From: Carpediemonas membranifera BICM
Taxonomy: Eukaryota; Protista; Fornicata
NCBI GenBank assembly: GCA_019828565.1
Contig: JAHDYR010000024.1
Location: 70,534-134,533 of the forward strand
Direction: 5' to 3'
Length of the DNA stretch: 64,000 nucleotides
Shown: positions 11,027-21,824 of the stretch, piece after piece
Position numbering within the stretch: the stretch's first letter is position 1
How the letters are laid out: each line of letters opens with the position of its first letter
Position numbers and translations under genes: made by a program
Notes under the pieces: generated by a model
Told to the model about the DNA's origin: nothing
The model's database searches: none
The model's input: the letters and a program-made list of their open reading frames with translations, nothing else

Positions 11027-11952
11027 CACGTGACGAGCTGAGGGGCCACATCTCGGCGCGCGCCATGGCAGCCGCGGCTGCACAGTTCCTCACATATCGG
11101 CGACGTCATCCAGGCTCCGACAAGGCCGTCTTCAACAACTGGCTCAGGCTCGAGGCGACATCCGTGGGCCCAGCCACCGTCACCCGCAGGGCCTCGCTTG
11201 TGGTGAGGATAGCCCCGCTCATATCAGACTGGGTTCCTCCCCGGGCACATTCAGCCTTTGTATCAGAGGCAGCGTTGACGGCGACAGCCCGCCCGCGCAG
11301 GAAGGTGCCAGTCAGAGCCACACTCCTAGCGGCCAGGGCCGCCACGGCCGCGACGAAGGATGCAGAGTGGCGCCAGGCGTTCCTCTTTGGCCTGGTAGCC
11401 TATACAACCATGTCACGCCGAAGCGAGCTCATCGGGCTGACCAGGGCGGACCTCATAGTGTCGCGGAGTCTCGGCGTGGTTATCACCATCGCAAGGACGA
11501 AGACAAACCTCAGACTGGTGAAGAAGCTCGTGCCAAACACCGGACCAGTGGGCTTGAACGTCAGCGAACTCCTCTACAACCACGTGCAGGGCCTACAGCC
11601 CCATGACCCAGTCTGGAGGGCCACAGCAGACCTCTCCGGCTCACGTCTTGAGGACGACACACCGATAAGCCGAGGTTTTCTGGCGTATAAGCTCAAAGCT
11701 GTCTTCGGAGAGCCCGTTGGCACCCACAGCTTTCGACGCGGGGCCGCCGTCGACGCGGTATTACACGGCATCCCCATGCCCGTGGTCATGGCTCTGGGCA
11801 CATGGGCCCAACAGGATTCGCTCCAGGCTTATATCAGCGAGGCGATAAGACTCGACCGGGACACAGCGGTGACCCGGTGCGGCTGGTTCACGGAGGTGGC
11901 CGCCGCCGTCGACCTTACCCGTGGGCGGGTGGTCCAGCATACGGCTGACTAG
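10987..11952 (+). CDS. Tyrosine recombinase of YR-E2
   Basis: SRRSE, RTKT, THSFRRG, LGTW, AY; catalytic set intact. Confidence 0.9.
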   Translation: MLRGDSDLFDAALARDELRGHISARAMAAAAAQFLTYRRRHPGSDKAVFNNWLRLEATSVGPATVTRRASLVVRIAPLISDWVPPRAHSAFVSEAALTATARPRRKVPVRATLLAARAATAATKDAEWRQAFLFGLVAYTTMSRRSELIGLTRADLIVSRSLGVVITIARTKTNLRLVKKLVPNTGPVGLNVSELLYNHVQGLQPHDPVWRATADLSGSRLEDDTPISRGFLAYKLKAVFGEPVGTHSFRRGAAVDAVLHGIPMPVVMALGTWAQQDSLQAYISEAIRLDRDTAVTRCGWFTEVAAAVDLTRGRVVQHTAD

Positions 11953-12009
11953 GAGTAGCCAGTCATTTATTGGGTTCCAGGGGTGGTTTTCCAATAAATT
12001 TTGCTTGTC

Positions 12010-13470
12010 AATAGAGGAACATTACGGTGGTGGACGGGACGCCCCGTTTGGATTGACTAGTGAATGAATATGTCTGCAACGTCAGACGGCAAGGCCAGCG
12101 TAGTGGACAATCTTCGGCTGAGCGGTCGGCGACCTCAGATGCCTCGGAGAATGGATGGGGCGCAGTAGTCCTCCACAAGGAGACCCCCCCGCGAAGAGTC
12201 AGGGCCGCTTCCCGCCCCACCTGATGGCGGAGTCCATCATGGTGAAGGAGCTGTATGCCCTCGAGCGGGCAGTGCGGGTGACTCCGGGTCGCAACCAGCA
12301 GGTCTCCCTCTTCACGGACAACACCGCCGTCATGGCCTGGGTCAACCGGCAGGGGTCCACCAGGGCGCCCAAAGCAGCGTTTCCCATTCTGAAGCGCCTC
12401 TTCGACTGTTGTCTCTCACGAGGCTTGTCGGTCCGGGCCTTCCATGTGGCTGGCCACCTCAACGTGACCGCAGACCGGCTCAGCAGATTTGCCAAGCTGG
12501 AGTGGGCGACCCCCAGATCGGTCTTGGAGAGGATGCAGGACAGGTGGGGACCAGCTCAGATCGATGCAGCCGCCGCGCCGGACAAGACGCTTCAGCTCCC
12601 AGGATACGCAGAGACATTTTGGACTCGCGAGGACAACGGCCTCAACAGGAGCTGGACCGGGGCGAGGATCTTCAAAGCTCCCCCGTGGGCCCTGATTGCC
12701 CACGTCCTCTCCAAGCTCCGGAAGATCGCCGCCCCGAGCCGTCGCCATCCGAGACAGCTCCGCTCGTGCGTCTTCCTCATCGTGCCGAACATCACAGCTG
12801 CAGAGGTGATGGAGCTGAAGAGGCTCACCCAGTGGAAGATGTACTTCCGCGTCCCAGTAGAACAGTTTCGCACTCGCGAGCTGGAGAAACTGCAGAGGGA
12901 GGGAAAGATCGACCTCGCCGCTCTTGCAGTCTCTACCCGGAGCTCTTTCAGTCCATAATACGGAGTAGGCATGTAATGGGAGTCAGTGAGCAGCACAAGA
13001 GGTCAATTGCAGGTTACATTACCGCATTCAAGCATTTCGTCGAGAACAATGTGATTGACGGGGATGATGGTGATGTGTTGCTCGCTTTTCTGACGGAAGA
13101 GGCGATGTTCGTGTCGCCAGACACGCTATCTCTCAAGAGCCACTGGATTCAGAAACTTGCGCCCTTATTCTGCACCTGGACTCGCCCGGCTCAAGCCGAC
13201 CGAATCACCAAGGAGGCACAACGGCATGCGACCACTGAACACATGACCGGAGGAGCAACCCCGATCAGGAGGAAGGAGCTGCAGAAGGCCCTCCAGGGCT
13301 TCAACACCTCAGACGAGATCCGCAGACAGTGGTGCCCGTTCGGCGTGATGTGCTACGTGACAATTTCGCGTGGCAAGGAGATTTATGACCGCACGAGAGC
13401 CGACATCTCGCGCTCTGGCCGGGACCTCGTCATCAGGATCAAAAGAACGAAGACGAACATGACGCTTCAG
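12010..13470 (+). pseudogene. Truncated third YR retroelement (YR-E3): RNase H, MT-like domain and N-terminal half of YR
   Basis: TSDASENGWG, VKE, FTDNT, ADRLSR, WATP...KAPPW; YR ISRGKE...RTKT, then truncated; frameshifts present. Confidence 0.85.
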
Positions 13471-13702
13471 GAGCTTGCGTTTCCCGCCAGTCCGCACGTG
13501 CTTCTTAAGTTTCTCTGAAAAGTTCAAAAGCGCAACAATATCCGGTCTGTTACAATCAGGTCCTTCGTTCTTAGTCATCTGGGTTGTAAATACTAGTATT
13601 GTAGTCCCTTTTGCAAGAACTGAGTTTACAAGAGAGAGAAGTCGACACAATAGGTGTCGACTGACCAAAGAGGACCCATATAAATATGTATATAGGCTGA
13701 CA
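13470..13702 (-). mobile_element. Gypsy family D 5' fragment: LTR (13600-13702), palindrome and gag N-terminus
   Basis: MTKNEGPDCNRPDIVALLNFSEKLKKHVRTGGKRKLLKR resembles Gypsy-B gag MTENGPSVNEPSISAILAFHEKLTRHVQAGGKRRLIKR; TG...CA segment with a GTCGACAC hairpin like the B LTR. Confidence 0.75.
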
Positions 13703-13773
13703 ATAGGCCCGTAGGGTTTCGGGCCGCGTAGTCGTGTGGTGGTCAACACTGGTCATTTGATGTTATATTCTGC

Positions 13774-14766
13774 GTGAAGAAGGCCGGGAACCTCCTCGCC
13801 GGCACCGAGTTCGTTATACACACGGATCACAGAAACTTATGTTACATCGCAGACGCGGTTTATCCTAAGGTGCTGAGATGGCGCCTGATGCTAGAAGAGC
13901 ACCGCTTCACGGTGGTACACATCCCCGGCGCGAGTAACGGCGCGGCTGACGCGCTCTCCCGACTCGTCGGACTCGCCACGATGAGCGTGGAGGAGCCTCT
14001 CGATGAATTATTCAAGATGGCCCACGGCGGGACCAACGGCCACAAGGGCATTTACGAGACCACCAAGGCCCTCCGGCAGCTCACGGGCCCCCAGAAGGGC
14101 CTGTACAAGAAAGTCAAGCATATTATCGGGACGTGCCCGACGTGCCAGCGCGTCCGCGGCACGGCCAAGCAGGTCGAATCCCCGATGCAGCGGACGGCCG
14201 GCCATTCCCCGTTCGCTGTGGTCCAGCTCGACACCATAGGGCCCCTACCCGCAGTCGACGGCTTCAAACATATCATCGTTGTCGTAGACACCTTCAGCAA
14301 GCTGACGAACCTGTTCCCGGCACGCACTACAGACGCCGCGAGCGCGGCCAACGCGATCCTGGACTGGGCTAGCCGGTACGGGAGACCGAGAGAGATACAG
14401 ACGGACAACGCGTCACAGTTCCGCAACCAATTGATCGAGTCCCTGACGATGAAGCTCAGCATTGGCCACCGTTTCTCCACGCCCTACCACCCAGCGGGCA
14501 ATGGTATAGTGGAGCGGGCGAACGCGGAAGTCATGCGTCACATTCGGTCACTGATGGCTGATTTGGGCCCCAACACGAAGTGGACGGAGACGGTCCGCGA
14601 CGTGCAGCATATCATCAACACCAGCGCGTACGCCCGTTCGGGTCTAACGCCATTCGATGTTCTATTCCCCTCGGCAGACCCTCCTCAGTCACTGATGACC
14701 CCACAGGGCTTGACAGCTTTCAGACGGTCGGTGGAGGTCAGCAGGGCTATGCAGGAAGCAGCGCTC
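13774..14766 (+). pseudogene. Gypsy-C RNase H end and integrase (5' part)
   Basis: HTDHRNL, ADALSR, HHCC zinc finger, QLDTIGP, QTDNA, GNGIVER. Confidence 0.9.
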
Positions 14767-15794
14767 TGTTGTCCCTAGAAGAGAACTGTTTAAATGAACT
14801 AATCAACCTCCGTTGACTTGACTATTATTGACTTGATCACATCACTACCCCTCCATGCCGGGTCCAAGCCCTGCGGACCACCACGGCATGACTAGTCAGT
14901 GACGCTGGCGCGACCAATGTCGCTGGCGGGGCATCGCGTGCTCGGCCAGGCCGACCCTACCGCTGATAAGCAGCCTGTCAGCTCCAGACTACCTGCCTCT
15001 GTCTCGCCAGGCAGGCTCTGGCCCACATACTTGGCGAGCATCATGGGGACCCATCGGCAGTCGACCGGACTGCCCGCTGGGTTATCGTCATTTCTCCTGG
15101 ACCCCGTCGGGTCTACTGTCCTTGCATGTGTCGTGTCCTGTGTAAGTGCACCTCTCTACCCCTCCATGCTCGCGAGGCATGTGCTACTAGGGTCAGCGGC
15201 CAAGCATCGCCCAACCCGGTGTGGCTAGCACCGGCGCACATCCTTGCAGCCTTCGGGTCAAGAGCTATCAAGCAATCAAGCAATCAAGCAAGAGTTATCA
15301 TGATCTGCAGCGCTGCTAAGTTAGTGGGTAACTCACACCAACTCTGTCTAAAATCTCTAGTCGCTATCTCCGACTAAACGGCCACTTGTGCCACTTCGCA
15401 ACAGCCAAGTGTGTCTCACACACTGTCCTGGGCGTTTCCAGTCTCAATTGGAAAACTTACATGAGCGTAAATCAGGGACGTAAATCCTTGGCCACTTTGC
15501 AATTAACCACCATTATCAGCTCCAGGAGCTGCATTCATAGATAATAACAACATCAAAGGCCCAAAAAAGGCCTCTAGAGGCCTCAACGAGGTCTCAATCG
15601 CGAGTTCTGGCTTCTGTAATTTTCCTTGCCTCTTCGCCATGCGAGCTTGGCCTTAAGCCACCCGCCATAAGTAATCAACATCATCCGCGTCAATTGTGTG
15701 CCTATTGGCCTGTAGATCCGCTCCGTTTTGTTCTTCTTCTTTGTTTTCCATTGATCGCGTGCTGTCACTTCGAGTGACAGAGCGATCTACACGA

Positions 15795-17054
15795 ATGAGC
15801 AACTTTGACGAGCTAGTAAGGCATTTGCTGCCGTTTTTCACTACGTCACGCGCTCGGACCGCGTTCAAGCGGCTTCTCGACAAGCATGTGCAAGAAGACC
15901 AGCTTCCGAACCGGCAACGTACCTACCGTGCCGTGTTCGCTCCCGCGCCAGCCTTTGTCACATCCGACGATGCTACCTCACCGTCTGCTCCTGCTGGAGA
16001 CTTGCCGCCTGCGCCCAGCACCGAGGACACCGGATCCAGCGCCGACGAAGCTGATGACGCCGCCGCTGAGGATGATGAGCCTCACCCTACGCCCGAGGAG
16101 ACGGAGGCACCCGTGCAGGCCGAGGCTACCGCGCCTAACGACCCCGTCGAGGCCGAACCCCAGCTGTCCGAGATGGTCTCCCGTGTGCAGGCCACCGCGA
16201 TCTCCTACGTTAGTGCTGACGTTAGAGCAGAGCTACGAGCACTTGTGCGCGGCCGGCTGTCGCGATACGGTCATCTGACCACTAGTGAGCGGTCGCATCA
16301 CGCTCTTCGTGACCTGTCCCGTGACGGCTTGGTGTTGCTAGCCATTTCGCGGCACCTTCGCAGTCTCCGGGTCTCAATGACCACCGACAGTTCCGACCCG
16401 TCGGATAGCGAGATTATCGCTGCTTTCCTCGGCCGCCTGGATGCGTCGGTGCCGACCCTCTGTCCCGCCGCGCTCGGCGAGCAGATTTCTCGTATCTCCG
16501 GCCTTGGTCGCACCGTCATGCGCCCCCACCTCGAGCGGGCCATCATGCTCGGCCACGACCCGGCCACATACCAGCTTCTTCTGGTTGGCCAGTGCCAGGA
16601 CCTGCTCTCCGACTACGAGGTCCGCTGCTTCGTGCGGCAGTACATTGCGGAGATTCGGTCTTGCCGCGATGGCGCCCACTTCGGCCACTTCTCCCGTTCT
16701 CTGCTCGCGGGCTTTGAGTTTTGGCGCTGCCTCGAGCCGGGCGCATCCCCGGGCTACTCCCCCGGTCTCATGCCTGCCCCGCCCCTGGCCGTTGACGCCA
16801 ACCGCCCCAGCGCGGCCTATACGCCTTCACGCGTACTCGGCCATCGTCTGGATGGTCGCACTCTCCGCCTTCTGATGACGTATGAGACGGTTGCCGGCCG
16901 CGAGAACGACACGTCTTCCATCGTTCAGCCCACCGTCGACATGGCCTCGATGGATAGAGTCAAGCCCTTCTTCGACGACCATCCCGAGTTGCTCGACTAC
17001 TGCATCCGTGACGTGGGCCCGAATGGAGAGAGAATCGGTTCTGTTCTGGTGTAA
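15795..17054 (+). CDS. Antisense accessory ORF of Gypsy-A (acidic linker, helical core, chromodomain-like C-terminus)
   Basis: Open frame of about 420 codons from ATG 15795, convergent with pol; visibly homologous to the 444-aa ORF of Gypsy-B. Confidence 0.75.
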   Translation: MSNFDELVRHLLPFFTTSRARTAFKRLLDKHVQEDQLPNRQRTYRAVFAPAPAFVTSDDATSPSAPAGDLPPAPSTEDTGSSADEADDAAAEDDEPHPTPEETEAPVQAEATAPNDPVEAEPQLSEMVSRVQATAISYVSADVRAELRALVRGRLSRYGHLTTSERSHHALRDLSRDGLVLLAISRHLRSLRVSMTTDSSDPSDSEIIAAFLGRLDASVPTLCPAALGEQISRISGLGRTVMRPHLERAIMLGHDPATYQLLLVGQCQDLLSDYEVRCFVRQYIAEIRSCRDGAHFGHFSRSLLAGFEFWRCLEPGASPGYSPGLMPAPPLAVDANRPSAAYTPSRVLGHRLDGRTLRLLMTYETVAGRENDTSSIVQPTVDMASMDRVKPFFDDHPELLDYCIRDVGPNGERIGSVLV

Positions 17055-17105
17055 GTCTTGATTAATAAACGACTGATAAAAATCTAGCTGGATGAGGCTG
17101 GCCAT

Positions 17106-20100
17106 TTACGGCTTGACCTGCCCTATGTACATCTTCTCTGCTAGCTTGTTCTTGATGTAGTCCGACACTGCTACCGTGCCGTCAACGTTCTCGAACGGTT
17201 CAAGTGAGTCTTCCGCCGGCTCGTACCCGGCCCAACGTATGAGGAACTCGCATTGGCGCTTGCGTCTTAGGTCACCCTTGTGGCCCATGACTTCCTGTAC
17301 CAGGTATTCGTCGTCGGTCGTTGCTGACAGGGTTGCCACTTGTTCGTCAGTCAAGTCGCCCTGGTCAAATGGCGCTACTCGACCTGCTGCCACCCGCAGC
17401 CACTTGCCGTCACCGTTCACGTCCTTAACCATGTACGCTACTGGCACGCCATCTTGCTTCACCGTGTCACCCCGTAGCATCGGTCCGCGCCACCCAGGCG
17501 CAAGCTTATTGGGGGGTCGACAGGGGTACTTCACCAGTACGTGTTTCGTCTCGACCTCTGGCTGCTGATTGGCTTGGGCGGCGTCGCGAGCGGATGTCCT
17601 TGTGGCTTCGATCCTGGCAGCCGCGAGCTTTCTGCATATTTCGGCTGCGTCGAGTCGGTCCGAGAGAGCTTCAGAGAAAACAGGTAAATTCGTGAATAGC
17701 ATGTCGTCCGGCCATCTCGCGTCGTCACCTCTGACGATTTCCATCGGAGACAGTCGAGTCGGGACCCTTGGGGTCGTGTTCACGATGAACTGCGCAATGG
17801 GCAGACCATCTACCCAATCATGGGTGTTCAGTTCATACTTCCTCGCCTTCAGGATCCTGGTAATCTGGATGTTCGCCCGCTCGACCATCCCGTTACTCTG
17901 CGGGTGGTGAGCTGTCGTGATGTGGGTCGCGAAACCCACCCGCGCGGCTAAGTCTCGCATCACGGCATTCGCGAACTGTGACCCGCCATCCGACTGGACA
18001 ATCTTGGGGGCACCATGGCGCATGATCCAGGTGTTTGTGAACACTCTGGCCGCCTCGTCAGCCCTGAGAGACTCTAGTGGGGCTAGCTCCGTCCAGCGGC
18101 TGCACATATCAACCATACTCAGGTATTTGAAGCCCTTGCACTCGGTTACTGTCATGGTATCAATGGCTACTCGCTCAAACGGTCGCGACACAGCAGTATA
18201 GAACCCCGGCTCGCCACTGTCTCTCGCCCGGGACAGGAGTTGACACACCGGGCATGTCGCGACGACCTTCGTGACTGCAGCGACCGAGACCTTGAGACCC
18301 TGTGACTTCAGAGCATTGACTGTCGCGTTCTGTGATAGATGGGCCTTGCCCGACAGGTGGACTCGGCGGATGTCCTCCTCGGACGCAACCTCACCAACAC
18401 TAGCGTGATAACACCGTGAGAGGCCGTCAGCAGCCTCATTATCTACCCCCGCCACGTGCTCAATCGTGAAGTTGAGGTCAGATATCGCGTCGAACCACCG
18501 CTGTACCTTCGCGTTAACGGACTTATGCATGAAGGTCAGGTTACGGTGGTCCGTTCTCAACACGAACGGTGCCCAGACCAGGAGGCGGCGCCACTTCTTA
18601 AGGGCGCACACTATAGCGAACGCCTCCTTTTCAGTCGTGGACCAGCGCTTCTCAGCGCCGTGAAGGGCCCTTGACATGTACGCGACAGGGTGGTCGACCC
18701 CGTCGTCACACGTCTGCCACAGTACAGCTCCTATGCCAACATCTGAGGCGTCTGTCATGATATATGTCGGCCGTGTCGGGTCATAATGGACAAGAGTGGG
18801 CTCCCGACATAGAGCGTCCTTCACTGACTCCAGCGCTTCTTGTTGACCCGCGCCGCCGAGAGGGGCCTTGCTCGATGCCGCCTCAGTGAGTGGATGGACC
18901 AGCGACGCGTAACCTGGAACGAACTGCCGCATGTAGTTGATGAATCCCAGGAGGGCTTGCATGCCCTTGACTGACTTGGGGATCTTCAACGCACGCACGT
19001 CTTCTAACCGGTCGGGCGCAATCCGGTAGCCACTGCCCGACACGATCCAGCCCAGGAACTCGACCTCACTTGCCCCGAACTGGCATTTGTCGCGGTTGAG
19101 TACGAGTTTGAGCTTATCACAGCGCTTCAGGACCGCGAAGAGGTTCCGCAAGTACTCCCGCTCGGACCTTCCGTACACAATGATATCATCTACGTAAATG
19201 ATGCACGCGTGACTCTCCAACAAGTCCGCGAACGCGAGTTCCATCGCCGCTTGGAAGTGCGCACCGGCGTTCTTCAGCCCGAAGGGCATACCGGTGTACT
19301 GGTACTTGCCCAACGGCGTCGAGAATGCGGTCAGGTGCTTACTCCGCTCAGACATGCGTATTTGATGGTAACCCGCAGAGAGGTCCAGTGTCGCGAAGAT
19401 CTTGGCTCCAGACAGCCTCGCTAGGCAATCCTCGATCTTCGGGATAGGATAGGGATACGGCTCGGTTTTCTTATTGAGCTCCCGGTAATCCACAACCATC
19501 CGTGTCCCATCCCCCTTCGGCACCAGAAGGGCGGGTGCCGAATAGCCTGACGACGACGACTCCACGTATCCCTTGCCCAGGAGTTTGTCCACGTGCTCCT
19601 GATACTCGCCCTCTCTGGCGCGGGGCATGAAGTCGCGCCTGACGTTGACGACTCGGTCGTCGGTCAGTGTCAAATCGTACGGCTCGAGCTCGCTATGGGC
19701 AGAGCGCTGCTCAAATACATGGCTAAACGCGTCGACCATCCGCGTCTGCAAGCCTAGCTCCTTTGGCGACATGTTGTACAAGGCCAGTGTTGCCTTAGTG
19801 TACTCCGGCGGTTCGGCCGGGTCGCGCGTGTCGTCAGTCTCTTGATCCTTTGATAGATCAGGCATCACACCGAGCTCGACCATGGTCGGGTAACCTAAGA
19901 CGATGTCGAATTCGGTGGTTAGCTCGTAAGCAACGATGCGGGTCTTACAACCCTTGGGTGTGATGGGCGAGTCCTTCAGGAAGATGTCGAAAGTGTACTT
20001 GCGCTTCGACAGGACTATACCCGCTGGCGTGTTGACTGGTATCGGTACGATCAACTCCTCAGCCTTAAGACGCCACGATCTGGCCGTTCTCGGGCTGATG

Positions 20101-20860
20101 AAGTCAGCTTCTGCCCCGCAGTCTAGAAGCACATCGTCAGTCTTGTACGTATACACGGACGCCTTGACTACAGGCAAGTTGCGACGCCGACTGGTAAGCG
20201 CCGCGGAGAAACAAGAAAGACAGGTCGAAGACTTTACAGAAGATCTGCAAAATCTTGCCAGGTGACCCATCTTGCCGCAGGTGTGGCACTTCTTTTTCTC
20301 CTTGGGGCAGTCGGCAGAGCGGTGGCCGGTCCTGCCGCAGTTCCAGCACTCCGCCTTGCCCTGGCCGGGACGTGGCTCGGGCTTTCCCGCCTTGCTCTTG
20401 CCAACCGTAGGCTTGGGATGTCTCAGCTCACGGTGAGGGTTTCCGGCGTCTGTGTTGATCCGCTTGACTGGACGGAGATCAGCGTAGGGAGCCACGAGGT
20501 CTAGAGCTTGGTTAATCTTCTTCGAGACGCTAAGAGCGATCTCAAATGTCTTTTCCAGACCCTTGCTCTCACTGGCGTCGTCAATCGCGTGTTGAAGGGA
20601 GCGCTCGCGGATACCGCGCAGGAAGCACTGGCGGACGGCTCTGGCTGACGTTGACGTCAGGCCTAGGACGGCGTAACGGCGTTTGAACTTGTCCACGTAG
20701 GCGGCAACGTCTTGGAATCGGGATGAGGCAGCGTTGAACTTCAAGTAACGCATAGCTACCTCATCGTCATCTGGTCGCACGCACTGGATAAGCTTGGCCA
20801 CGACCTCGCGGTCTTGGTCCTCCAGACGCAACTCTTCCCGGGTGTAGGCGTTGAAGGCTT
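17106..20860 (-). CDS. Gypsy-A gag-pol (two CCHC knuckles, protease, RT, RNase H, integrase, chromodomain); N-terminus displaced to 27313-27482
   Basis: CWNCGRTGHRSADC, LLDCGA, YVDD, MTDAS, AIDT/QSDGG/GMVER, YLVQEVMGH...IRWAGY; joins in frame (QQAGEAFNAY) once B is removed. Confidence 0.93.
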
Positions 20861-21824
20861 TGTGGTTTGACTATACCTGTTTTACTGGGGGAAAAGACTT
20901 CGACACAGGGGTGTCGAAGTCAATCCATAAATGTTCTTAAATTGTACTGACTGACACTGCCCCTCCATGCTCAACTGACTTGAGTATGAATAACTTGTGC
21001 CGGTAGGCCTCACAGGGGAAAGCCTGTGCTAACCTACTTCACCGTTGGCGGCTGGGGAATAGCCCAGTGCCCGGGAAGGGTACTCTGCCTTAGCTCGGTA
21101 ACCCTTGCTTCACCGTCGCTAACTGTGGGTAGCACAGCAGCCGGAACACCGTTGACATACTCTTACTGCCACGTAAGGGTGTCCGGTACAACCGTAGTTG
21201 TTCTGTGGTGACGTATCTCCAAATTGATTGACTCAGAATTTCGTGGTACCACTGTGTAAGTATTGCGTCATACGCTCAAGGGTTAGTCTTACCCGGGCTT
21301 ACCGCCCTCCCACGGGCCATTACTGGGCCGTATGGTCGTCGATTAGTTCATTCGGATCCTTAAAATGCACAAATGGCTTCAGTTCGAAACCACCATGGTA
21401 TGCGGCCTTGAAAGCCCTCATTCTTACATAGCGTTCGAATAACGCCTCTAGAGGCCTCAAAGCCTCTTCGTTGCCGAGATATGGCCTTTTTTTTGCTTTT
21501 TCTCGTTCGTCGACAGTTGGGACGCCGCGAATATTGCTCTATAACACTAACAACATCAGTATTCGTCTCATAGACGTATAAATATCGTGATTTTGCGGAC
21601 TTATCGTCCTCAACAAGCGTTCATCGGGGTTCACCAAACGGACCCTTTCTCGGTCGGCGAATTCTGCCTAACCCGTCTGCTTTCGTAAATTACGCGTTGC
21701 ACCATGCTATTCAGCGTCCTGACTTAGCTGTGTGGAGTCCTGGTCATGACCCAGGTCCTACGTTTTTGTATCATGTAACACGTAAATGAAGTTTTGACCG
21801 CGGTTAATACTTCCATACGGCCTA

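Larger units (their letters stand above)
3380..11999 (+). mobile_element. DIRS/PAT-like tyrosine-recombinase retrotransposon YR-E2, interrupted by an LTR element at 4977-10100
   Basis: gag-like ORF, RT, RNase H, MT, YR in order; removing the insert and one CGCT restores the reading ...SLATWRSILQDP... Confidence 0.85.
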
